Source of the DNA: Candidatus Bathyarchaeota archaeon
Lineage (GTDB): Archaea > Thermoproteota > Bathyarchaeia > Bathyarchaeales > Bathycorpusculaceae
Reading direction: 5' to 3'
Length of the DNA: 64,000 nucleotides
Assembly (NCBI GenBank): GCA_963717465.1
Contig: OY970340.1
Location: forward strand, 2,240,001-2,304,000
In this document: one piece after another, positions 51,691-63,672 of the stretch
How positions within the stretch are numbered: the first letter of the stretch is position 1
Layout of the letters: every line of letters begins with the position of its first letter
Translations under genes and position numbers: made by a program
The notes under the pieces: generated by a model
The model's input: the letters and a program-made list of their open reading frames with translations, nothing else
What the model was told of the DNA's origin: nothing
Databases searched by the model: none

Positions 51691-52233
51691 TCAAGAAATC
51701 TTCTCTTTAGCTAAACGCAAAATCTTTTCAACCTCATCCTTGCTCACTGAAGTTACTGGCGGCAATCCAAGGTCGCTTCGCATCTCATTGATGAATGAGT
51801 CATCGTTGAATATCCGCCCGTTTTCAGCTATTACCGCAGACAGCTGCTTAAAGAACGGATGAACATGACCTTCTTTTACAGCAATATTTCTAATGACACG
51901 AATAACGTCTGTTAATCTAACTCCTTGAGGGCACCTTTCAGTGCAAGAATAGCAGGTTGCGCACATCCAAATCTCTGGCCTGGCTAGGACAAATTCGCGC
52001 ATTCCAAGCAAAGCAGCTTTAGCAACTAATCTTGGGTGAAAACGATCATCAAACCGTCGTATCGGACATGAAGCAGTACATTTTCCACATTGAAAACAAA
52101 GGGCAAGCGACTCTCCACCAGGCAACTTTTCTATTTCACGCTTAAACTTTGGATCAAGCTTATCGGTGTACAAGATTTCTTCTTCGTTAATGCCCAATGG
52201 TCTCGATGATTTTTTAGTTTCTTTCTCACTCAT
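51691..52233 (-). CDS. hdrC: Heterodisulfide reductase subunit C
   Basis: CFQCGKCTASCP and WMCATCYSCTERCPQGV. Confidence 0.9.
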   Translation of the reverse strand: MSEKETKKSSRPLGINEEEILYTDKLDPKFKREIEKLPGGESLALCFQCGKCTASCPIRRFDDRFHPRLVAKAALLGMREFVLARPEIWMCATCYSCTERCPQGVRLTDVIRVIRNIAVKEGHVHPFFKQLSAVIAENGRIFNDDSFINEMRSDLGLPPVTSVSKDEVEKILRLAKEKIS

Positions 52234-52246
52234 ACTTTTCCCTCAT

Positions 52247-54700
52247 TTATGCTCCTTGTTTGCCAAAGTCTTTGCCGTCCAAATCAACCTGTACATTCAC
52301 GTTTTGCTTCTTCAGGGGACCAAGCGCAGAAATGTTTTCTTTCAAAGTTTCAGCTACTTTGAGGAACTTTGATGGTTCAGCAGCGCAAAGATTAACCATC
52401 TCCAACCTACCGCTGCCTAAACCTATTCCGTCAAGTATCTCCTTAGCAAAGGTAACTACTTTCTGAGCGCTTTGAGCTCCCTTCATATGATGACAATTAT
52501 TCACAATGCAGCCTGTCAGCAGCACTCCGTCAGCGCCGAACTCAAACGCTTTGAAAATTTGATATAGCGAAACCCAACCCAAGCATGGAACGCGAACAGG
52601 AAGAATGCTGGACGCGTACTTTTTGCCGCCCATGCCCGCCATGTCAACTGCTGCATAACCACACTCATCACAACAGAAGGCTACTATTCTAGGCGAAAGC
52701 GTCGTGCCTGTCTTTGAAAGTAACGTACTCAACTGGTTGAAGACTTGATCATCACTATAATTCTTAAGCTGAATCGCACCAGTTGGGCATCGGCTGGAAC
52801 ATGTGCCGCACTTGTTACATTTAACCTCATCAATCCTCGCGACAGAAGCCACTTTACCGTCCTTTGTTGTAACCTCAACCATCTTAGGTGCAGAGTACGG
52901 ACAAACGTCCACGCAGACTTTGCAGCCATCACACTTATCCTCATCAACAAACGCAACATCCATCCGCTTCTGGAAAGTCGCAGCCTTCAAATCAGAAATA
53001 ACCTGTAATGCTACCGCTTGACCCTGAGTTACAGACTCAGGAATATCCTTAGGCGACTGAACCGCACCGCAAACGTATATTCCATGAACATTGGTCTCAA
53101 CCTGCTTAAGCTTCGAATACAACTCCTGAACAAAACCATCAGAATCAACATTAACACCCAACAAGCCTGCAAGTTTACTTGTGCCTTCCGACGGACGCAA
53201 AGCAACGGATAACGCTACAAGGTCTGATTCGATTTCAAGTGGTCTATTTAGGAATGTGTCTTCAACATCAACAACAAGCTTGCCAGTTGATGGGTCACGA
53301 TTAATCTCCGATGGCTTACCCCTGACAAAGATGACACCTAAATCTCTTGCTTTCGTGAAGTACTCTTCATAGCCCTTTCCGGGTGTTCGAATATCCATGT
53401 AGCAGAAGTAAACCTCCACATTGGGATACTTCTGTTTTATCTGAATCGCATGCTTTAGGCCGAACATGCAGCAAACTTTAGAACAATAAGCATTCGTGCT
53501 AACATCCCTTGAACCCACACATTGAATTATGGTAACGCTTTTTGCTGGTTGACCGTCAGATGGTTTAACCAAGGCGCCGTTTGTCGGGCCAAATGGATCC
53601 AAAATTCGGGATAATTGCAATTGAGTAATAACGTCTTTAGCAACATTATACTTGTACTGCTTTATCACCGATGGGTCGAACTCTTGGAAACCCGTGGCTA
53701 AAACGATTGAACCAACCTTCTGCGTCTGCTCAAAGGCTTTCTCATCCAAATCCACTGCGTGAGACGGACAAGCCTCAACGCATTTTCCGCATCTAGTGCA
53801 AGTCTTAAAGTCAATAGCGTAAACTGGCGGAACAGAGTTGGGATAAGGTAAATAGATGGCTTTCCGCTGGCTCATACCATAATTAAAATCGTTCGCAACC
53901 GTTACTGGGCATACTTCGCTGCATTTGCCACAGTTGGTGCACAAGTTTGGCTTAACGCCTCGTGGCTGAGTTACTGTTTTAACCTCAAAATTGCCAAACG
54001 AGCCTTTAACATCTGAAGCTTCAGTTAAGGTTTGTATTTTAAGGTTCGGATTCTGCATTAAGGCTTGCGCGGTAGAAGCATTTTCTTACTCCTGGCAAGT
54101 TGCGGAATGACGTTATGCAAAATGCGCCATCATCGGTTGGGAAGGCAAGTCCGAGTTTTAATGCGTTTCCGCCTATTACGGGGGCTTTCTCGATTATGGT
54201 GACTTTTTGACCGAAAGATGCTATGTCGGTTGCTGCTTGAAGTCCAGCAACTCCGCTGCCAATTACGAGTACAGAGTTTTCGAGTTTGAATTCTTTTTCA
54301 TCTATAGGTTCATTGCCTAATACGCGGTTAACTGCTGCTGCAACAAGCAGTTTAGCTTTATCATTGGCTCCTGATGGGTCATCAGCGTGGGGCCATGCTA
54401 CTTGTTCGCGTATGTTTGCTATTTCAACAAGAAACGGGTTTAACCCAGCTTCAACAGCACATTTCTTGAACAGAGGCTCATACAATTTGGGTGAGCATGC
54501 TGCGATTACTAATCGGTCTGCGCCGTTTTGTGTGGCAGCTTTTTGATTTCTTTTTGTCCTTCGTCGCTGCAAAGAAAGCTGACTCGTTTAACACTGTTAA
54601 CGTTAGGCATTTGGGATATGTATTTTTCGAGTTCTTCAAAGTTTATTGTTCTGCAGAGTTCTTTTCCGCAATCACAGAGTAAAACGTTTACTGCTTTCAT
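52247..54700 (-). CDS. hdrA: HdrA-MvhD fusion (QmoB-like architecture), indels near 54540 and 54055
   Basis: N-domain LCDCG/AACSP/NIREQ, FAD motif IGSGVAG, inserted and C-terminal ferredoxins, IQCVGSRD..CSKVCC, then an MvhD domain (AFCCDECGY, RVPC, GADGV, GC...CHH). Confidence 0.88.
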
Positions 54701-55605
54701 TGCGCTACACCTCTTAAGTTTTCAAGGATTTTTCCAAGGTCAACTTCTTTTATCAGCTTAACAGCCTTCTCTGGGCACACTTCCACGCATTTTTCACAAG
54801 CAACACATTTTCTGGGCGTATACTGCATCTGAGCAAACTCGTTAAGGCCCTCTGGAACAGTAATCGGCGCCGATGGTTTCTTAATTGCCAAGTTAGCTAT
54901 GGTCGCATAAAGAAGACTTCGCTTAGTAACCTTTTCATCAGGAGCAGCGGCAATTTTAGGGGATTGAACGATTTTTTGGAGGTCAAACTTCATTGGAAAG
55001 TCCACTGCTTTTTCCTCGCATGCGTCCCTGCATTTTTTGCACCCGATGCATTTTGTGGAATCATATTCGATTCGTCCGAATTCTTTTAGCTTTTCTGGAA
55101 CGATTAGTGGTTTTTCAGGCGATTTTTGAGCTAAATTAGCAAGCATCGCATATAGAAACTCGCGTTTTGTCAAGCCATCCTTGTCCGTAAACTTAGGCTT
55201 GTTTGGGAAAGCTGGTCCGAGCTTGGTTATTCTTTGGGTTACTTCGTTTACTATTTCGATGAATCTGGGCGCCATTGAGGATGAAAAGTTGAACATTTCA
55301 AGCCTTAATGGATCAATTCCAACCGCTGTCAGCATGTCGCGTAGGAAGTTTACGCGTGCTTTTTCGTGAAGGTTGCCTTCGACAAAGTGGCATCCTCCTT
55401 CAAGGCAGCCGCATACGATTACTCCGTCAGCACCAGATTCAAAAGCCCTCAGCACATAAGTCATGTCTACTTTTCCCGAGCATGGAACACGTATGATTCT
55501 AATTTGCGGGGGATACTGCATTCTGCTAACACCAGCTAAATCTGCGGCTGCATAAGAACAGTAGTTGCAGCAGAAAGCTAGGATTTTTGGTACAAAATCA
55601 GTCAT
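54697..55605 (-). CDS. mvhD: MvhD/HdrD-type [2Fe-2S] subunit fused to a duplicated 4Fe-4S module
   Basis: AFCCNYCSYAAADLAG, IRVPCSGKV, GADGVIVCGCLEGGCHF; two CxxCxxCxxxC motifs. Confidence 0.88.
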   Translation of the reverse strand: MTDFVPKILAFCCNYCSYAAADLAGVSRMQYPPQIRIIRVPCSGKVDMTYVLRAFESGADGVIVCGCLEGGCHFVEGNLHEKARVNFLRDMLTAVGIDPLRLEMFNFSSSMAPRFIEIVNEVTQRITKLGPAFPNKPKFTDKDGLTKREFLYAMLANLAQKSPEKPLIVPEKLKEFGRIEYDSTKCIGCKKCRDACEEKAVDFPMKFDLQKIVQSPKIAAAPDEKVTKRSLLYATIANLAIKKPSAPITVPEGLNEFAQMQYTPRKCVACEKCVEVCPEKAVKLIKEVDLGKILENLRGVAQ

Positions 55606-55621
55606 TTTCCATTTGCCTCCA

Positions 55622-57616
55622 TCAAGTGCTTGCTAAACTCTCCACCATCGCATAGATCTGTGCATCCTTATAGTGCCTTAACTGCATAGCGCCAACTGGG
55701 CAAGTTGCAGCACATGAGCCACAGCCCTTGCATTTAACTTCAGTAACCTCAACCACGTTAGTTTCAGGGTTTAGGGCAAGTGCATGATATGGACAAACAT
55801 CAACACATCTGCCACAGCCGATGCAGAGGTCCTTGTCTACAACTGAGGTCATTAAGTCCATTCTTACTTTGCCGTTGGTCAATGGAATTGATGCTTTTGC
55901 TGCAGCACCACTCGCCTGTGAAATCGTGTCAATGATGTCTTTTGGTCCCTGAGCAGTGCCACCCATGAACACACCGTCAGCAAAAGTGTCCAACGGGTTC
56001 ATCTTCGGATGCTGTTCTTGGAAGAAACCATCAGGGCTTCTCGTAATGCTTAATTTAGCATTTAACTCTACAACATCATGCCTTGGAACCATGCCTTCAA
56101 CTAGAACCACCATGTCACTGTCAACATCAATTCTATTATTACCGAACAGCGTATCCTTGATTAAAACATGCGAGCTATTCCCGTCTGTTTTGACTGTTGG
56201 CGGCTCTTCAGGCTTGAACCTTAAGAAGCTAACGCCGAGTTGACGTGCTTTACGATAAATTTCCTCTTGTTGACGACCAAACGTTCGAATATCACGGTAC
56301 ATCACGTAAACTTCTGTTTCTGGAAGCTGCTCTTTAATTAAAATCGCATTCTTAAGAGCGCTGACACAGCAATACCTTGAGCAGTACGGGTTAAACGTAG
56401 TTTTTGCCGCAGGCATGTGTGCTTTATCTTGTCTTGAACCAACACACATTATGAAAGATACGCTTTTTGGCGCTGTACCGTTTGATGGACGCAAAAGCTT
56501 TCCCTGCGTTGGACCGTTAGGATTAAGCATTCTTTCAAGTTGCAGAGTTGTAATTACATCTTTTGATTGTCCAAAACCGAATTCACCTTCTGGAACATAT
56601 GGTTCAAATCCAGTTGAAACAATAACAGTTCCTGTTGGAATCTTGAGTTCTGAGGGTTTTGCGTCCAAGTTAATAGCTTTTTGCGGGCAAATCTCTGCGC
56701 ATTTACCGCATTTAGTGCAAGCTTGCTCATCAATCGTGTAACGGTTTGGATAAGTAACTTTGAATGGTTTATAGATAGCTTTTCGCTGATCCAAGCCAAA
56801 GTTAAAATTGTTAGGAACCGAAACGGGGCAAACTTCCAGTGCATTTTCCGCAAGAATTACATTTCTCATCAACAAACTGCGGCTTTTGCGTGATGTGTAA
56901 ATTAAAGTTTCCAATGTAGCCTTCAATGTGCTCAGCTACTTCTGCGCCGGTTAAAACTGTAACAGTTGGGCTAGCAGCGAGTTTTTCATAGTACGATTTA
57001 AGCGCACTTGAGGCGTCACTACCCCAATAGAGTTTATTGAGCAAAGCTGCGTTACCGCCAAGATAAGGTTCACGTTCAACTAACGTTACCTTAAAGCCAT
57101 AGCCGCCAAATCCAAAGTTGACGTTATGCCACCGACGCCGCCGCCTAAAACAACAGCGTTAGGTATTACGCTTACTTCCATTTTCGCAACAGCCTCAAGT
57201 ATTTTGGCGCGTGCAACAGCCATTTTAACAAGGTCTTTTGCTTTCTCAGTAGCTTCAGCTTTCTGATTCTGATGAGCCCATGAAACATGCTCACGGATGT
57301 TAGCCATCTCAAAGAAAAACGGGTTTACACCGCATTCTTCAAGAACTTTTCTGTAAGTCGGTTCATGCATTCTAGGCGTGCATGAGGCTACAACAACACG
57401 GTTTACGCCAAGTTTTTTTATGTCTTCTTTAATTAGGGCTTGACCTGGCTCTGAACACATGTAAGCATAATGCCGTGAACTTACAACGCCCGGTATTGTT
57501 GCTGCATATTCAGCTACTTTTGCGCAATCAACGGTTCCTGCAATGTTGCTGCCGCAATGGCAAATGTACACGCCGACTTTCGGTTCAGATTTTTCCTTTT
57601 CATCCGACATTATCAT
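55622..57616 (-). CDS. hdrA: Heterodisulfide reductase subunit A, indels near 57088 and 56830
   Basis: VGVYICHCGSNI, YMCS, ASCTPRMHE, NIREH, GGGVGG, MCVGSR, CSRYCC, QGPKDI and a C-terminal 2x[4Fe-4S] domain. Confidence 0.9.
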
Positions 57617-60337
57617 GCACCTCCAGCTTCTTCTTGCTGGCAGCAATTGCAGCTTTCATAGCTGCAGCGCTGGCCTGAGCAATGCTGTCAGGAATATCCT
57701 TGGCACATTCCGCCGCCCCTGCAATAAAGACGCCCTCAACAGGTGTAACAACGGAGGATAACTCTGGCTGCAACGTGGCAAAGAATCCATCCTCGGCATT
57801 GGGTAACCCAAGCAGCTGGTTGAGTTTTTGTGAGCTTTTTGCGGGTTGTAAGCCGTTTGATAGGACAACCATCTCGAATTCCTCGTCAATCAACTTGCCC
57901 GTATCTGAGTCTTCTGCGACGATCTTGAGGTTGTTGTTTTCTTTGTTTTCCAATATTTCCGCGACGGATCCTCGTATGAATCGTATTTTGTACTCGTTTT
58001 GTGCTCTCTGGTAGAATTCTTCAAAGCCCTTGCCAAAAGCTCGGATATCCATGTAGAATATGGTTACATTTGTGTCTGGATAATGATCTCTTAGTAGCAC
58101 GGCTTGTTTAATTGCGTACATGCAGCAAACTCGGCTACAGTTGAGGTTGCCTGATTTTCGGTCGCGTGAACCAACGCATTGTATGAAAGCGATTTTCTTA
58201 GGCGTTTTATGATCTGATAACCTATGGAAGTGACCTTCAGTTGGTCCACCAGCGTTGATTAAACGTTCGAATTCTAAGCCATTAATTACATTCTTGTATC
58301 TGCCCCAGCCAAGCTCAGCTTCTTTACTGACATCATACATGTCAAAGCCTGTCGCAACAATAATTGAGCCAACATTTAATTCTATTAACTCGTCTTTTTG
58401 ATCATGAACAGGTGCGTGCGCTTCACAGGCTTTTTCGCATTGCATGCATTCACAGCAGCCACCGCAAGCCAGGCACCGTTTCGCTTCCTCAATGACTTGC
58501 TCTTCAGTTAGGCCTAGCTCAACTTCCTTAAAGTTGCCAACTCTCTCACTAACCGGAATCACGGGCATCTGGGCTCGCGGCTTAATTGGAAAGCCTTCTT
58601 TTGAGACATTTTCAACTTTTTTAATGATTCTTTCTCTGTTCGCCTTAACGTCTTGTCCCGTTATGTAACGGTCAATGGATATGGCTGCTTTCTTGCCGTC
58701 AGCAATGGCTTCAATTACTGACGCGGGGCCCAAGCTAACGTCGCCGCCTGCGAATATTCCTGGCAGGTTAGTTTCGGATGTTAACGGGTCACAAGCCAGG
58801 GTTTTTTGTTTAGTTTGTTCAATTTTTGGTATGAAGCTAAGGTCAACTTGTTGACCAATAGCCTCAATGATATTATCAGTTTCAATGACGAATTCTGAGC
58901 CTGCAATAGGTACAGGTCGTCGTCTTCCGCTTTCGTCAGGTTCACCCAACGCAAGCTTTATGCATTCCACGCCGATCAATTTGCCGTCCTTACTTACAGC
59001 GCCTTTTGGAGCAACAAGGAAAGTGATTTTTACGCCTTCTTTTTCTGCCTCTTCAACTTCATAGGCGTATGCAGGCATTTCTTCTCGGCTTCTACGGTAC
59101 AAAATGTTAACTTCTTTGCATCCAAGCCTCAATGCAACTCTTGATGCGTCAATTGCGACGTTTCCACCGCCGATGACGACGACTTTTTGGCCTAGTTTGA
59201 ACTCGTTGCCCAAGTTCACTTCTCGCAGAAGATCCAGTGCCTGGATAACTCCTGGCGTGTCTTCGTTTTCTATGCCGAGTTTTAATCCTTTTGGCGCTCC
59301 GGTACCGATGAAAACAGCTTTATTATCTTTTAGCAAGCTGTCAACGGTAACGTCAACGCCAACTTTGACGCCAGTTTTTATTTCAACACCTAAATCAGTT
59401 AGGTACTTAATTTCCTCATCTAAGATTTCTTTGGGCAACCTGTATGCAGGAATGCCCGTGCGAAGCATGCCGCCTGGCTTTGGAAGCGCCTCATAAACCG
59501 TTACAGGATAACCCAGCTTAACCAGCTCAAAAGCAGCTGTTAATCCAGCGGGGCCAGCTCCAACAACTGCAACTGTTTCTGTATGAGTCTTGGGTATAGG
59601 TTGAACGTTCTCTTTTTTCTTTGCGTGATCAGCTGCAAAGCGTTTTAACTGGCAAATAGTCAACGGCTGATCTAGTTTACCCCTTTCACATTCAGCTTCG
59701 CATGGATGAAAGCAAACTCGTCCAAGAACGCCTGGAAAAGGTATTGCTTTCCGAACCAGTTCGGTGGCTTCGTCATATTTACCTTGAGAAATTAATGCTA
59801 TGTAACCTTGCGGATTTACGCCTGCAGGACAAGTTGCCCGACAATTGGGTGTTCCTCGCTTATCAATCAAAAACGCGCTTGGAATAGCCTGTGGGAATAA
59901 GCGATAAACCATTTTTCGGTTGTTAAAGCCCATGTTGAACGCGTTTTTCATCTTCAACTGGACAATTCTTTGCGCATTCACCGCATCCAGTGCATTTTTT
60001 CGGGTCAATATAACGAGCTTTTTTGCGTACGGTTACGTTAAAGTTACCTGATTGCCCGGTAACCTTTTCAACTTCTGAGAAAGTCAGTAATTGGATGTTT
60101 GGTTGACGTGAAACATCAACCATTTTCGGAGTTAAAATGCACGCTGAACAGTCCAATGTTGGAAAGGTTTTGTCCAGTTGAGCCATATGTCCGCCTATGC
60201 TTGAATCCTTTTCAACAAGGTAAACTTTAAAGTCCATGTTAGCAAGGTCTAAGGCTGACTGAATACCACAAACTCCAGCCGCCTATAACTAACGCGCTTT
60301 TCTGTTCAGGTTTCTTCAATTCTTGCATCAATTTCAT
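57600..60337 (-). CDS. hdrA: HdrL-like protein: HdrA core with an inserted GltD/NfnB-type NAD(P)H-FAD oxidoreductase module; indels near 60280 and 60010
   Basis: SALVIGAGVCG (after correcting the indel), QLDKTFPTLDCSAC, CRATCP..GRVCFHPCE..C, VGAGPAG, GIPAYRLP, IGGGNVAID, YRRS, FAGGD, EAKRCLAC and IQCVGSRD..CSRVCC. Confidence 0.88.
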
Positions 60338-60343
60338 CAGCAC

Positions 60344-61213
60344 CTATATTTTTTTAATCGCAGAGTCAGTTGGGACTCGATGAGTGTTTAATCCAAGTTC
60401 TTGAGGTTGTAAGCCCATGGATAAAGCTAAGAACTCTGCGTAATGGAACACTGGCAAATTGTATGTTTCATTGAATTTCCGTCTAACATCAAGCTGCCCA
60501 ACATCCAGCGATATGAAACAGAATGGGCAAACCGTAACAGCACAATCCGCTTTGGCTTGCGAGATATTGTAGAGTTTTTCTCTTGCGAGTTGACGGGCAA
60601 TATCATCGTTTACACCTCGCAGCAAACCGCCACAGCACTTGATTTTATGATGGTATGGAACAGTTTTTGCGCCGGTAACCTCAATCAATTCATCAAGAAC
60701 ACATGGCTCTTCCGGATCATCAAATTTGAGAACACTGCTTGGCTTTAGCAGGTGGCATCCGCCAAAAGAAGCAACCTTCAAGTTACTAAGCGGCTTAACA
60801 ACAATTTTCTTTAAACGTTCAAGACCAACATCATTTCTTAAAACCTGCAAGTAATCTTTAACATTAATCGTGCCCTTGAATTGTTTACCAGTAGAGGCTA
60901 AAATCTCGTTAACCTTAGTTCGCAGATGCTCATCTTTTTTCAAAAGCTCATTTGCTTTGCACAGCGTTTCAAAACAGCCGTTGCAAATTGCAATTATATC
61001 TATGCCTTTCTCTTCAGCTAAGCAAATGTTGTAGGCGGATATGGCTATGCTGGCTTCGTGGCTTAAAGATTCAATCGGTGCTGGTGCACAGCAATTGGCG
61101 CCTTCCAAATCAACCAGGTTTATATTTAGGGCTTTGAAGACTTTTCTCACTGCTAACTCGTAACTTGCTTCTCGTGATGGAATCATGCAGCCTAAAAATA
61201 ATGCGTAGCTCAT
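60344..61213 (-). CDS. hdrB: Heterodisulfide reductase subunit B
   Basis: FLGC, NCCA, ICNGC, GGCH, KCCGG and VCPFC (two CCG domains). Confidence 0.92.
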   Translation of the reverse strand: MSYALFLGCMIPSREASYELAVRKVFKALNINLVDLEGANCCAPAPIESLSHEASIAISAYNICLAEEKGIDIIAICNGCFETLCKANELLKKDEHLRTKVNEILASTGKQFKGTINVKDYLQVLRNDVGLERLKKIVVKPLSNLKVASFGGCHLLKPSSVLKFDDPEEPCVLDELIEVTGAKTVPYHHKIKCCGGLLRGVNDDIARQLAREKLYNISQAKADCAVTVCPFCFISLDVGQLDVRRKFNETYNLPVFHYAEFLALSMGLQPQELGLNTHRVPTDSAIKKI

Positions 61214-61790
61214 TGGGTAGTTGCCCCCGTTGCTGGTGCTGCGGCTGCTGTTCTTTTAATTTCTCAATTAACTTGTCAAAACCCGTTGCTGCAGCAATTT
61301 TCTTCACTACATCAGGTGAAGAGCTTGGCACTTTTGGAAGTCCAAGTGTTTGCCTTGACTTTTCAACCTGCGCTGTAATGGGGGCTATTCGTCCAGTGTC
61401 GATTAGCATTGAGCCTTGGTCTATGAATCCTTTTGGCACATGTTTTTCGATTACTGCGAGGTTTCTGATGGCAAACATTAAATCCGCTATTTCAACGCCT
61501 TGCGGGCATCTTTCTTGGCAGGTGTAGCAGGATGCGCAAAGCCAAATTGAATTACTCGACAGGACCTCATCTTTTAAGCCAAGCATTGTCATGTGGATTA
61601 TTTTGCGTGGGTTGTAGGAGTTGTCCAGTTTTCCAACTGGGCATCCTCCAGTGCAACTTCCACATTGATAGCACTTGTATAATTCTTCTCCCCCATGCTG
61701 ACTTTTAACAGCTAACGGAAACTTATGATCAAGCTTACTAGAATGAATCGTTTCAGTGGGATTTTGGTTAACGACTTCAGGATTACTCAT
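61210..61790 (-). CDS. hdrC: Heterodisulfide reductase subunit C (3' end corrected for a probable missing A near 61250)
   Basis: CYQCGSCTGGCP and WLCASCYTCQERCPQGV. The corrected frame ends in a TGA overlapping the hdrB ATG. Confidence 0.9.
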
Positions 61791-61907
61791 AGATTACACC
61801 ACTCCAGTAGTCGTTTGTATTGTTTTGAATCCAAAACTCTCGTATTAAAAGAGTTTTAGGGTAAATATCGTTTTTTATTGAAAGAGTTCCCAAAATTTTT
61901 TCCCTCT

Positions 61908-62774
61908 TTAAGTTACTCCAAGTTTTTCTAGAAGTTCATCTACGATAACTCGGTTTTCATAAAGTCCAAGCTCTTGGGCAGAATAACCCTGAGCTAAACC
62001 AAGTAGCTGAGTGTAGTGAAGAACTGGAATCCTGTGCTTTTCCTTCAGAATCCCATTGGCTGTAAGGTCGAATTGGACATGGCAAGCTGGACAAACCGTA
62101 ATCAACGCGTCTGCACCTGATTTTTTAAAGCTGTCTATCTTTGCTTGGACGATTTTTGTTGCCAATTCTTGATCAACATTCATTGCTGAAGAGCCACAGC
62201 ACAGTTTCTTTTCTTGATAATCAACGCATTTTGCGCCCGTCACTTCGATTAACGAGTCTAGAAGCTTTGGTTCTTCTGGATCATCCAAATTAATTTCAGA
62301 TGAAGGCTTGAGTATATGGCAACCGTAATGAGGCGCAACCTTTAGTTTGCTTAGGGGACGAGAAATTGAGTTCTTAATTTTCTCAATACCGATATCTTGC
62401 AAAAGCAAGGGCATGATATGTTGAATTCTTGATGTACCATTAAATTTCAGGCCAACTTCAGCAAGAACCTGATTAACTTGATCTTTAAGATTAGAATTTT
62501 CAAGCAAAGAGGTGTGAACTCGCTTCATGTGACCGTAACACGCAGTACACGGCGTTACCGCATTCAAACCCATTTTGTCAAAGATAGCTAAATTTCTAGC
62601 TGCCAAGATAATCGAAGCCCTGTAATCAACTGGCTCCATGAAAAAGCCACAACAGCTTGCCTTTTCGACGTCAACAAGCTCAATTCCGAGCTTTTCAGCG
62701 ATTTTTCTGAAAGATAATTCATAAGCATTCTCTTTTTGGGGGGTCACACACCCTGAAAAGTAGGCATACTTCAA
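61908..62774 (-). CDS. hdrB: Heterodisulfide reductase subunit B (second paralog)
   Basis: YFSGC, SCCG, PCTAC, HYGCH, LCCG and VCPACHVQFD. Confidence 0.92.
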   Translation of the reverse strand: MKYAYFSGCVTPQKENAYELSFRKIAEKLGIELVDVEKASCCGFFMEPVDYRASIILAARNLAIFDKMGLNAVTPCTACYGHMKRVHTSLLENSNLKDQVNQVLAEVGLKFNGTSRIQHIMPLLLQDIGIEKIKNSISRPLSKLKVAPHYGCHILKPSSEINLDDPEEPKLLDSLIEVTGAKCVDYQEKKLCCGSSAMNVDQELATKIVQAKIDSFKKSGADALITVCPACHVQFDLTANGILKEKHRIPVLHYTQLLGLAQGYSAQELGLYENRVIVDELLEKLGVT

Positions 62775-63333
62775 GGTAACGCTTCCCTCTCTTGATTTAT
62801 TTAGTAACGTAGGCAAATCACTATGATTTAAATAGTACGAGAACTTTTTGCTAAAACTTACATGTAATCAGCTTTGTTTCTTTATTCATGCCATGGTTGA
62901 AATTCTTCCAGCAATGTCTATTCTGCTCTTAACCAAGCTTTCGTTGGCTAAATTTCTCCAAACATGTTTAAAGTATGCTATTTAAGGACAGTTTAATGCA
63001 AATTTGTTTAGCTCTTCTCTTATGCTTTTAATGGAAGAAAGCGAAGAATAGCATGACATCTCTTTTAGATGATAATTCGAAGCAGAATTGGACAAAAGAA
63101 TACAGCAACTTAAAAAACAAACGAGCGAGAAACCAGCAACTATTTCATAATCAGGTTTTAAAAACCCCGAAGCAATTCAAGAGTAAATCAATTTTTCTAT
63201 CATTGACAATTTTGGTTTATTAAAAACTGCAACATACATGAATTAAGTTTTCTTCTTTGGAAATTGTATTTTTGTAGTACAAATTTTTCAAAAGACTTAT
63301 GTCTCAAAACATATAAACAGTCGATATAACAGT

Positions 63334-63568
63334 ATGGAACCTGTAGATCTCATAAAAGAAGTGGAAAAAATTGTTATGGGATATGGCATCATTTTTTGCA
63401 CAACTAATTTTGATAGCAAACGCGATATTCCTGATTGCCAGCGCGGTTATAATTCAATCCAAGAACAAGAAAATAGCAATATTCATGAAAGTCATTAAAG
63501 GAATCATAACCCTAAGCATTATCATCGGAATAGTAGACTTAGTAGCCGTAATACTTTGGATTGCATGA
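63334..63568 (+). CDS. Small membrane protein (probable extra A in the run at about 63365-63370)
   Basis: ATG at 63334 gives MEPVDLIKEVEK, which joins the hydrophobic ORF 63371-63568. Confidence 0.5.
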
Positions 63569-63672
63569 GAATAAAATCAAACCTAAAATTATTTCAGCAC
63601 AGCAGACTGTTTTTAAGTCTAATAAAATAACGTTTTACTCTTACCCTTTTTTCATGCACTGTTTTTTACGCT

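Noticed and set aside
52247..60337. Selenocysteine or programmed frameshifting in hdrA genes
   Set aside because: The usual positions carry Cys codons, and the breaks are frame changes like those in unrelated housekeeping genes.
61110..61209. HdrC C-terminal extension overlapping hdrB by about 100 nt
   Set aside because: Adding one A near 61250 gives ...ETAAAAPATGATTQ* with a normal ATGA overlap.
63030..63150. Possible small gene starting MEESEE
   Set aside because: Multiple in-frame stops.
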